DNA from: Trichormus sp. ATA11-4-KO1
GTDB lineage: Bacteria > Cyanobacteriota > Cyanobacteriia > Cyanobacteriales > Nostocaceae
Reading direction: 5' to 3'
Length of the DNA stretch: 25,548 bases
Assembly (NCBI GenBank): GCA_019358915.1
Contig: JAHHIM010000050.1
Coordinates: 1 to 25,548 of the forward strand
Part shown: positions 1 through 7,921 of the stretch, piece after piece
Numbering within the stretch: position 1 is the stretch's first letter
How the letters are laid out: each line of letters begins with the position of its first letter
Notes under the pieces: generated by a model
What the model was told of the DNA's origin: nothing
What the model saw: the letters and a program-made list of their open reading frames with translations, nothing else
Databases searched by the model: none
Position numbers and translations under genes: made by a program

Positions 1-136
1 CAACGAGTTGGACGGCTAGTTCGTAAAACATTGTCATTCTCTAAAATGCTCGACAACCATATTGGTGCAATTTGGTATTTTGTTCATCACTACAATGCTA
101 ATTTAAGAAGCTAAATCATTACTATGCGCTACTACC
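1..136 (+). mobile_element. IS1-family insertion sequence, right end (transposase C-terminus plus terminal inverted repeat), cut by window edge
   Basis: Frame 1 (1-114) reads QRVGRLVRKTLSFSKMLDNHIGAIWYFVHHYNANLRS*, matching the R(L/V)xRKTLSFSK..H C-terminal motif of IS1 InsB-type transposases. The reverse complement of the end at 136 begins GGTAGTAG, an IS1-like terminus. Confidence 0.85.
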
Positions 137-354
137 GCCTGCTGCAATCCATGTTTATCATTGCCCACAAAACTGGTAAGCCTATTTACGAAGCCATGCA
201 ATTATTTATTAGTAATCCAGCCACAACCATTAACCTGTTCCATGACAGAGGTAGTTTAGAAGTTGGTAAACGGGCAGATTTTGTCACCGTTCATGATGAT
301 GGCATGGTGCCATGTCTAATTTCAACTATTTGTCAAGGTCGTCGTGTTGCTTAA
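137..354 (+). pseudogene. phnM: 3' fragment of alpha-D-ribose 1-methylphosphonate 5-triphosphate diphosphatase (PhnM), interrupted by IS1
   Basis: LLQSMFIIAH...EAMQLFISNPA...DRGSLEVGKRADFV...CQGRRVA* matches the PhnM/amidohydrolase C-terminus (SLLxAAF...NPA...DRGxIxxGKRADLV...GxRV). The ATG at 124 lies inside the IS end. Confidence 0.75.
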
Positions 355-793
355 TTTAACTTTGGAGTTGTCAAAACAACGTTAATCAAAATTCCAAATT
401 TGATGTGATATGTGGACTCAATAGAAGTATTAGCCAATAGCCAATATTAATTATGATTGAGATATCTGAAAAATTTCTCGATTATCAAATCACAAACTTT
501 TGCGCAGCTTGTGACTGAGTGAGTAATATATTATTTAGTTTAAACTCTAATATAGTAATAATTTATGGTAAACCTGCAATGGAAGAGTAAGAGGATTTGA
601 TACATGGTATAGAAAAAAGCACATAAAGTAGTGTAGAAACTAGAAATAACGCTTGAGTATGCAAATTATAGCCATATATCTCGAAATTCAGATTTATTCA
701 CTGTAAATAGGCTCAAACTCAAGTTAGGACAGGCTTTTAAACGGAGGTATAATTTCCTCTACGGAAATGATATATTATGGATAAAAGTAAAAC

Positions 794-1039
794 ATGAATA
801 AAAAATGGGCTGTTAAAAGACTCACAGTCAATCTCACCTCAGGAGAAAGAGAAAAACTAGAACGCTACTGTGCAATGACAGGAAGGCCAGCAACCGATGT
901 TATTCGGGAATTACTCCGCTCTCTTGAGGTTGAAAAACTTGAAAAGGCTGAAGAAAATATTGAAAAGTCCGAAAATGTTGAAAAGGAAGAAGTCTCTGGT
1001 ATTTTGGATTCCTCTCAACAAACTCATGTTTATTGGTAG
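794..1039 (+). CDS. Ribbon-helix-helix (CopG-like) transcriptional regulator with low-complexity E/K tail
   Basis: Alternating strand KRLTVNL followed by two helices (EREKLERYCAMTG / ATDVIRELLRSL), the RHH pattern. Confidence 0.75.
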   Translation: MNKKWAVKRLTVNLTSGEREKLERYCAMTGRPATDVIRELLRSLEVEKLEKAEENIEKSENVEKEEVSGILDSSQQTHVYW

Positions 1040-1130
1040 TCAAAAATCAATAGTCTGACTAAAACGTAGTTACCTAGAAGAATAAGTTTCAAAATTGTAC
1101 TAATGAGTAAAGCCAAATAATGAAAAATAA

Positions 1131-1262
1131 GCACGTTTGTTGAATGCTGCACTGATATCTGCATAAAATTGGGATTGCTCGTGTCCAAGCAGCATCTTTG
1201 TTTATTTTACGGACACGAGCCTATTAAAAATTATACAGATTAGAAGAAGTAATTATACGTGC
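1131..1262. repeat. Long imperfect inverted repeat / hairpin
   Basis: Nested arms: GCACGT (1131-1136) with ACGTGC (1257-1262); ATCTGCATAA (1157-1166) with TTATACAGAT (1231-1240), 9/10; GCTCGTGTCC (1177-1186) with GGACACGAGC (1211-1220), perfect. Confidence 0.7.
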
Positions 1263-1737
1263 GCTGTTTCTGCACTTGTTTTAGCCTTACAGAATAAAAA
1301 TATGATACTCTGCAATATCCAAAGATATGCATTAACTAAGATTTGCAAGCATGTTAAACGAAATCGTCTATGTTTTCAGTTGGTCGTCAGCTTATTGATG
1401 CTTGCGAAACAACAAGTTATTTAAAAGAGTGCAGTACTGGTGTTTATTGATTTCAGTAACTGTCTCTGATTGTTGGGCGATAAACATTATACAACTGTTT
1501 TAATATAGTAAACATCATAAGAATAAAAACAAGACTAATTAAATGTAAGCATTTGCATACTTGCAATTTTATTGGATTGGTAAAAACCGATAAAAATCAG
1601 ACATCTAGTTGATTGATAAATTGTTCTCCGGGTAGTCTAGGCTAGAAACCCAATTTCTCTAATTTCACAAATGATTTAAAACTGTTATTTTTGCAAAACT
1701 ACCTAAAATCAAGAGTAAGTTATTTATCTTTAAATAT

Positions 1738-4700
1738 ATGCCTTTAAATAATTTGAAACGCAAACGCGGCGTTACACTTACTACAAGAGGGTTACAAAAA
1801 CTTCAAGAAGCTAAGCGTAAATTAGAAGCAAAAGAAAATTATGGAAATAGCTATACGCTGGAAGAAATGAGTACACTTACTGGATTATATTCTAGTACAA
1901 TCTCAAAAGTACTCAATCGGGAAGGAGGCGTAGACAAAAAAACTCTTGACAAGTTATTTTTAGTTTTTAATTCACAAATAGATAAAAGTGATTATTTAAA
2001 CTCAAATACTCGGATAGATTGGGGAAATGCTACCGATCCATTAATTTTTTATGGACGTACAGACGAACTCGCTACTTTAGAGCAATGGATTCTTGATGAA
2101 CGCTGTCAATTAGTAGCACTATTAGGAATGGGTGGTATTGGTAAAACTGCTTTATCTGTGAAGATTTCCCAGCAAATTCAGTCAGATTTTGAATACATAA
2201 TTTGGCGATCGCTACGAGAAGCCCCACCCGTTAAATCTATTATTACTAACCTGATACAAGTTCTATCTGATGATCAGGAAGCAGAAAACAACTTATCAGA
2301 AAATTTAGGTGATAAAATATCACGATTAATCTATTACTTACAAAATACGCGCTGTTTAATAATACTTGATAATATAGAGTCAATTCTCCGCAGTGGTAGT
2401 AGAGCTGGACAATATCGAGAAGGATATGAAGGATATGGTGAGCTTTTTAAACAGCTAGGAGAAGCATCTCACACAAGCTGCTTGGTTCTGACTAGCCGAG
2501 AAAAACCTCAAGAAATAGCATTGTTGGAAGGAAAAAGACTACCTGTTCGCTCATTATCATTGAGTGGATTGAGTGTGCTGGAGGGACAAGAAATATTGAA
2601 AATTAAAGGGTTATCTGCAACAGAAAATGAATGGAAAATCATGATTGAACGTTATGCAGGTAATCCATTAGCTTTGAAGATAGTTGCCACAACCATTCAA
2701 GATATATTTGATGGTAATGTAACTGAATTTTTGGCCCAAAATACATCTGTATTTGGAGACATTCACGATATTTTAGATCAGCAGTTTGAACGCTTGTCAG
2801 ATTTAGAGAAGGAAATAATTTATTGGCTAGCAATTAATCGTGAATCAGTTACTTTATCTGAGTTACGACAAGACATCGTATTACCAAGACCAACACAAAA
2901 ATTACTGGAGTCTCTAGAATCTTTAGTGAGGCGATCGCTAATCGAAAAGGCTACGCTTACGCTAGTTGAAAGAAGTATAGCAACTTTCACTTTACAACCT
3001 GTAGTTATGGAGTATATAACTCAGGCATTGATAGAGCAGGTTTGTCAAGAAATTGTCACGGAGAATATCGATTTTTTGAGAAGCTACGTCCTGATGAAAG
3101 CGACCGCAAAAGATTACGTGAAAGAAGCTCAGATACGCCTGATTATTCAACCACTTATCAATGCTCTGCTTGTCATATTTAAAAGCAAAAGAGGTATAGA
3201 AAAACGAATAACTTCAATTTTAGCTAAGTTGCAAAACGAATCACCTCTTGAACCAGGGTACACGGGTGGAAATCTTCTCAATTTGCTTTGTCAACTACAG
3301 ATAGATTTAAAGGGCTATAATTTTTCTAATCTAACTATTTGGCAAGCAGACCTACAAAACGTGAAATTGCACAATGTAAATTTCCAAAACGCTAATTTAG
3401 CCAAATCTGTTTTTGCTGAAACCTTCGGTGGTATTTTGTCGGTAGCCTTTAGCCCTGATGGCAAATTTTTGGCTATAGGTGATACCAATGGTGAGATTCG
3501 TTTGTACCAAGTTTCAGATTGGAAACAACTTCTCACCTGTAAGGGACATACTAACTGGGTTTTATCACTGGCATTTAATTCTGATACCAGCATTATTGCT
3601 AGTGGTAGCACTGACCATACTGTAAAGTTATGGGATGTCATGACTGGTGAATGCCTTCAAACTTTGTGTGAACATGAGCATGAAGTTTGGTCAGTTGCTT
3701 TTAGCCCGGATGGTGACACACTAGCTAGTGGCAGTGATGACAAAACAGTCAAGCTATGGGATACTCACACTGGTAAATCACTGCAAACTTTCTCAGGACA
3801 CGCAAGTTGGGTACTTTCAATTGCCTTTGGTAAAGATGGGAAAACGCTAGTAAGTGGTAGTGATGACCAGACAGTGAAATTATGGAATATTAACACAGGT
3901 GAATGTCTTAAAACCTTTCAAGGACATTGTGATGGCATACGGTCAATTACTGTCAGTCCTGATGGTAAGATGCTGGCAAGTGGTAGTGAAGACCAGACAG
4001 TAAAGTTATGGAATATTAACACAGGTGAATGCCTGACAACTTTTCAAGGACATGCCAATGAAGTTTATTCAGTTACCTTTAATCCTCAAGGTGACTTTAT
4101 AGCGAGTGGCAGTTTTGACCAGACAGTAAAGTTATGGGATGTTAGTACTGGTGAATGCCTCAAAACTTTCCAAGGACATTCCGGTTGGATATTTTCGGTA
4201 GCTTTCAGTAAGCAGGGAAATTTTTTAGTCAGTGGTAGTTATGACCAAACTGTAAGATTGTGGTGTGTTAGCACAGGTCAATGCCTTAAAACCTTGCAGG
4301 GATATACTAATCAAGTACTCTCAGTCGCTTTCAATCCTGATGGGCAGACGTTAGCCAGTGGTAGTCATGACTCTTCGATCAGATTATGGGATGTTAGTAC
4401 AGGGGAATACCTGAAAACATTCCAGGGCCATCATGCTGCTGTTCGTTCAGTTGATTTCAGTCCAGATGGGTACACCCTGGTAAGTGGTAGTCATGACTCT
4501 TCGATCAGATTATGGGATGTCAGCACAGGGCAATGTCTGAAAACATTCCAGGGTCATCATGCTGCTGTGTGGTCAGTTGCCTTTAGTCCAGATGGGCAAA
4601 AACTAGCAACTAGTAGTGACGATCAAACCTTAAGATTGTGGGATGTTAACACAGGGCAATGCCTGAAAACATTTCAGGGTCATCGTGCTGCGGTGTGGTC

Positions 4701-5286
4701 AGTTGCTTTTAGTCTTCAAGGAACAATGCTAGCCAGTAGTTCTTTAGATCAGACAATCAAATTATGGGATGTCAGAACGGGCGAGTGTAAAAGAACCCTA
4801 GAGGGTCATACAGCTTGGGTTACATCTGTTACTTTCAGCCCAAATGGTGAACTACTCGTAAGTAGCAGTTATGATGGAATGATTAAGTTATGGCATGTCA
4901 GAACTTGTAAATGCTGTAAAATTTTGCAAGCAAGTACAGGTTGGTTAAAATCGATTGCATTTAGTCCAAATAGCCAGGTACTAGCTAGTTGCAGTCAAGA
5001 TAATAAAGTCAATTTGTGGGAAGTTAGTACGGGTAAATCTCTCATGACATTGCAAGGACATACGGGCAGGCTTTGGTCAGTCGTTTTTAGTCCTGATAAT
5101 CAGATTCTGGCTAGTGGTGGTGATGATGAGACAATTCGATTGTGGGATGTAGCAACAGGTAATTGCTTGAAAATTTTGAAAGCTGAGAAACTATATGAAG
5201 GGATGAATATTATAGGAATTACAGGTTTAACTACAGCGACTATCGCCACGCTGAAAGTTTTGGGAGCATATACTAGTAATAAATAA
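1738..5286 (+). CDS. STAND NTPase: N-terminal XRE-like HTH, NB-ARC domain, pentapeptide repeat, 14 WD40 repeats
   Basis: HTH-like [22 protein letters not shown]; Walker A GMGGIGKT; Walker B LIILDN; sensor LTSRE; GNPLAL (GxP); pentapeptide [18 protein letters not shown]; 14 countable GH..WD-type 42-aa repeats. Confidence 0.93.
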   Translation: MPLNNLKRKRGVTLTTRGLQKLQEAKRKLEAKENYGNSYTLEEMSTLTGLYSSTISKVLNREGGVDKKTLDKLFLVFNSQIDKSDYLNSNTRIDWGNATDPLIFYGRTDELATLEQWILDERCQLVALLGMGGIGKTALSVKISQQIQSDFEYIIWRSLREAPPVKSIITNLIQVLSDDQEAENNLSENLGDKISRLIYYLQNTRCLIILDNIESILRSGSRAGQYREGYEGYGELFKQLGEASHTSCLVLTSREKPQEIALLEGKRLPVRSLSLSGLSVLEGQEILKIKGLSATENEWKIMIERYAGNPLALKIVATTIQDIFDGNVTEFLAQNTSVFGDIHDILDQQFERLSDLEKEIIYWLAINRESVTLSELRQDIVLPRPTQKLLESLESLVRRSLIEKATLTLVERSIATFTLQPVVMEYITQALIEQVCQEIVTENIDFLRSYVLMKATAKDYVKEAQIRLIIQPLINALLVIFKSKRGIEKRITSILAKLQNESPLEPGYTGGNLLNLLCQLQIDLKGYNFSNLTIWQADLQNVKLHNVNFQNANLAKSVFAETFGGILSVAFSPDGKFLAIGDTNGEIRLYQVSDWKQLLTCKGHTNWVLSLAFNSDTSIIASGSTDHTVKLWDVMTGECLQTLCEHEHEVWSVAFSPDGDTLASGSDDKTVKLWDTHTGKSLQTFSGHASWVLSIAFGKDGKTLVSGSDDQTVKLWNINTGECLKTFQGHCDGIRSITVSPDGKMLASGSEDQTVKLWNINTGECLTTFQGHANEVYSVTFNPQGDFIASGSFDQTVKLWDVSTGECLKTFQGHSGWIFSVAFSKQGNFLVSGSYDQTVRLWCVSTGQCLKTLQGYTNQVLSVAFNPDGQTLASGSHDSSIRLWDVSTGEYLKTFQGHHAAVRSVDFSPDGYTLVSGSHDSSIRLWDVSTGQCLKTFQGHHAAVWSVAFSPDGQKLATSSDDQTLRLWDVNTGQCLKTFQGHRAAVWSVAFSLQGTMLASSSLDQTIKLWDVRTGECKRTLEGHTAWVTSVTFSPNGELLVSSSYDGMIKLWHVRTCKCCKILQASTGWLKSIAFSPNSQVLASCSQDNKVNLWEVSTGKSLMTLQGHTGRLWSVVFSPDNQILASGGDDETIRLWDVATGNCLKILKAEKLYEGMNIIGITGLTTATIATLKVLGAYTSNK

Positions 5287-5292
5287 CTGACC

Positions 5293-5419
5293 TAGCCTAA
5301 TTTATGGCAGTTGCCAAGTAGCTTAGAACATAAACTAATCACAAAACCTGTATAACAAAGGACTTTCAAGTCTATTCTTTGTCCCCTGTTATCAATCTTG
5401 TCTGACATAAATTAGGTTA
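5293..5419. repeat. Inverted-repeat-bounded intergenic element (MITE-like or terminator-like)
   Basis: TAGCCTAATTTATGGCAG (5293-5310) matches the reverse complement of 5402-5419 at 16/18; internal small hairpins. Confidence 0.5.
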
Positions 5420-5451
5420 ATAAGCATAAGGCTTTCTCCGCTCTATTCAAT

Positions 5452-5556
5452 GTTAAACCCCTAACTGTCTAGGCATTACAGGAGGTTAAGGCTAACTGGT
5501 ATTACAGGCGCTTTGACTCCTTAATCCACAGGGGCTAGACAATTAGGGGAATTGAC
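5452..5556. repeat. Extended stem-loop downstream of the peptide gene
   Basis: CCCCTAACTGTCTAG (5458-5472) pairs with CTAGACAATTAGGGG (5535-5549) at 14/15; inner stem 5481-5492 with 5510-5520. Confidence 0.65.
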
Positions 5557-5596
5557 GGTTTAAGTTCAAACTACTGATATAGTAGATCAGCTGAAT

Positions 5597-5794
5597 TTAA
5601 AAACCATCAACTTCGGTATCACTGGGTAATCCTTGCGCGAATTCAGTGGCCATAATTTTTTCTAAATCATCTGTTTCGATATCATTCAAGGTATCAAAAC
5701 TGGTTTCAAAACTAGCAAAACTAGTTTTAAGAAAGTTCTGGGAAAGCTCCATCTTTAAAGAATTTTGCTCGATTGTGTTATTTACTGTGATCAT
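5597..5794 (-). CDS. 65-aa acidic peptide, candidate RiPP-like precursor
   Basis: ATG preceded by a strong SD AAGGAG (5804-5809, 9-nt spacing); 93 bp downstream of the HDO-like gene on the same strand; 13 D/E versus 3 K; no Cys, His, Trp, Tyr or Arg. Confidence 0.75.
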   Translation of the reverse strand: MITVNNTIEQNSLKMELSQNFLKTSFASFETSFDTLNDIETDDLEKIMATEFAQGLPSDTEVDGF

Positions 5795-5887
5795 TGTTTG
5801 ATTCTCCTTAAAGTTATTTCAAGTAAGGCACATCTGAGTGATCGCTTAGACTAGTTGTCTAAAATCATTCATTTTTTATGTTAGCGG

Positions 5888-6655
5888 CTAACATGCAGAT
5901 TTCGCTTGCAGAGGTGTAGATAGTTTTAGTGGGTTCAATATCCCCTGGAGTTCTTCATCTGATATGTAGTCTCCTTTGGGTGGCATAAAGCGCAAAAGAG
6001 CAGTTTCATAACAGGCTCTCGCTACACGGATGCACTCCTCGCGATTAAGCTGTGCAACGACCCTAATTATGTCATCTACATGATTCACTTCAGAGCCAAG
6101 ACTGCTATGTAAACGCAGCCACCGCGTGGCATTGATTCCTGGTGATAGCAATGCCTCTACCTTCTGGATATACTCCTTACCTACAAATGTCCCTAAGCGT
6201 TCAGTCGCATAACAAAGTCCAATACAACCAATTGGATTGGCTGCTTCCACTACTTGGGTAAAGTAATTTACATAATGCTTGGTCGTAGATGGAATGAGTG
6301 CTTGCACTACAGCTTCAGCATCATACCCCATTGACTGAATATCAAGCAGAGCAATTTGTTCGTGACCTGCCTCCTCTCTAGCTTTCTGTGCAGCCCACTG
6401 TGCCAAATTCTCGCGCCCCAAAGCCGAGAAGTTTTCGGCTGCTTTCTCCATCAGTCTTGAAGTATGGCAGCTTAAATGGTAAGCACCTGCCAGTCGCCAC
6501 ACCCAACGTGTATAAGTTCTATCTGGTGGTCTGCGATCTGATTTTACTGCATAGTAGGCCTGTACTATTGCTTGGTCTAAAAGTTTGCGCGTTTTAGTTA
6601 ACGCATCTTCATCAATATCAATCATCTTTTGGGCAAAGGAATCACTGTTTTCCAC
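5888..6655 (-). CDS. Heme-oxygenase-like dimetal oxidase (iron-containing redox enzyme / CADD-PqqC-TenA fold) candidate
   Basis: Helical protein with E94-E95-x-x-H98...D105, Y149-x-x-E152 and H183...E189-x-x-H192, the order of diiron ligands in HDO enzymes. GTG start with a GAGG SD. Confidence 0.72.
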   Translation of the reverse strand: MENSDSFAQKMIDIDEDALTKTRKLLDQAIVQAYYAVKSDRRPPDRTYTRWVWRLAGAYHLSCHTSRLMEKAAENFSALGRENLAQWAAQKAREEAGHEQIALLDIQSMGYDAEAVVQALIPSTTKHYVNYFTQVVEAANPIGCIGLCYATERLGTFVGKEYIQKVEALLSPGINATRWLRLHSSLGSEVNHVDDIIRVVAQLNREECIRVARACYETALLRFMPPKGDYISDEELQGILNPLKLSTPLQAKSAC

Positions 6656-7245
6656 GGGATTAGCCTCAATGTATCTAAGTACTGTCAGCAGTTTCCATTA
6701 CTTCTTTGCCAGGCACAATCTATGCCAATTCAGTATCAGTTGAGAATCATTAACTTATGACTTTTTTTACAATCACATATTTTTGCCATCTTGGCAACTA
6801 CTTCTGCTACTAAAAATTTTAGGTGCGGATAGATTGCTAGTGAGATAATTTTGTGTAATTCCCACTTTTTCAGATGTATTGGACTTTATAGCCTTAAATT
6901 CAACGTTCAAATTAAATCATCCAGTTAAATAAACTTAATTAAAATTTAATCTTTCAAGAAATGCAATCATAATATAATATATGGCTTATTAATTTCTGAT
7001 TATTGAGAATAGTTTTGTAAACAAACACGTTGTTTCGTGGTTTGAGGACTGCTCGTGAAAAATTAAAACTTGCCTAAAAACCTAGGTTCTACAAGTTAGC
7101 TTTTAGCTTTACCGCATTAGCTTGTTTAAGCTGGCTTAAAAAGCTTAAGTTCAATCTTAAAATCTAGATTTTCACTTGCAAAAATGATGCATGTTGGAGA
7201 ATATTAATCATGTTCATGCAAATGAAAAAAATGAATGAGGTTTCA

Positions 7246-7431
7246 ATGCGTAAAATTTCCAGTTCTGACTCTTCTAGTAAACAATGGGTAGACGAACAAA
7301 TTACTATAGACTTAGCATTAGATGAAGCACAGCTACTTGAGCAGTATTGTAGCCAAACAGGTAAAGCTACACAGGATGTAATTCAAGAGCTTATCCAAAG
7401 ACTTCCTATGATGGAGTTACACGAAGGTTAA
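7246..7431 (+). CDS. Second RHH/CopG-like protein, paralog of 794-1039
   Basis: 17/42 identities with the first RHH in an ungapped manual alignment (W..T..L...E...LE.YC..TG....DVI.EL...L). Start placed at ATG 7246 after GAGG; the ORF is open from 7210. Confidence 0.7.
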   Translation: MRKISSSDSSSKQWVDEQITIDLALDEAQLLEQYCSQTGKATQDVIQELIQRLPMMELHEG

Positions 7432-7806
7432 AACGGTATAGTGATGATTTAGCAATCTTTACAGGTCTAATTGCTCGCAAATTATTATTTATTTTATTAC
7501 GAGTTATTTTCCCTCAATTTTGGCTAATTATTCACATAAATCTACATAAAATACCGATGTTTTTATGTATAAATTTATCTAAAATTAGGTATTATTTATT
7601 TAAATAAATTCAAGATTATTTTGTACTCTCTTTTTATTGATTTCCTTTTTTAAATGGTGGCAAAAGCTATTTAAAAAAATCAACGAGAGAAGACAAAATG
7701 CGGCATGAATTTTCTTTATGTTTTATTATCTTGTGTTACGGCACGAGGTCAATAAAAGAAAGACCACGAAAATAAATATTTTTGCTGTGACACATGGAGA
7801 TAGATG

Positions 7807-7832
7807 GTGCGTTGTCGTACTGAGCAACGCAC
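7807..7832. terminator. Hairpin between convergent genes
   Basis: GTGCGTTG-N10-CAACGCAC, perfect 8-bp stem, no clear U-tract. Confidence 0.35.
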
Positions 7833-7921
7833 GCTACACAGCTAAGATTTTATTGATAATTAATCTCATATAATATCGCATTGCTTCTGCCTAATTGCAC
7901 TAGTAGGTCATTAGAGGTATC

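Noticed and set aside
124..354. 76-aa ORF as an independent gene
   Set aside because: Its ATG lies inside the IS1 end and the remainder is a PhnM C-terminal fragment.
928..995. GAAAA-rich degenerate repeats in the RHH1 tail (VEK LEK ... IEK ... VEK)
   Set aside because: Low-complexity coding sequence with no exact repeat unit.
1302..1424. 40-codon Cys/Lys-rich small ORF upstream of the STAND gene
   Set aside because: No RBS and no recognisable motif; expected by chance.
3421..5160. 126-bp periodic repeats as a CRISPR array or DGR template/variable repeats
   Set aside because: They are in-frame WD40 coding repeats; there is no cas or reverse transcriptase gene and no obvious adenine-specific differences.
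1738..5286. Avs-type anti-phage STAND defence gene
   Set aside because: No nuclease, TIR, SIR2 or protease effector is visible. The N-terminus looks like an HTH, so a defence role is unsupported, though not excluded.
5452..5556. IS200/IS605 or IscB omega-RNA end (minus strand starts GTCAATTCCCC)
   Set aside because: Only a few bases of resemblance, and no tnpA, tnpB or iscB remnant nearby.
6711..6728. Sigma-54-like TGGCA..GG-N10-GC on the minus strand upstream of the HDO gene
   Set aside because: Cyanobacteria are not known to encode sigma-54; better explained as a palindromic operator or chance.
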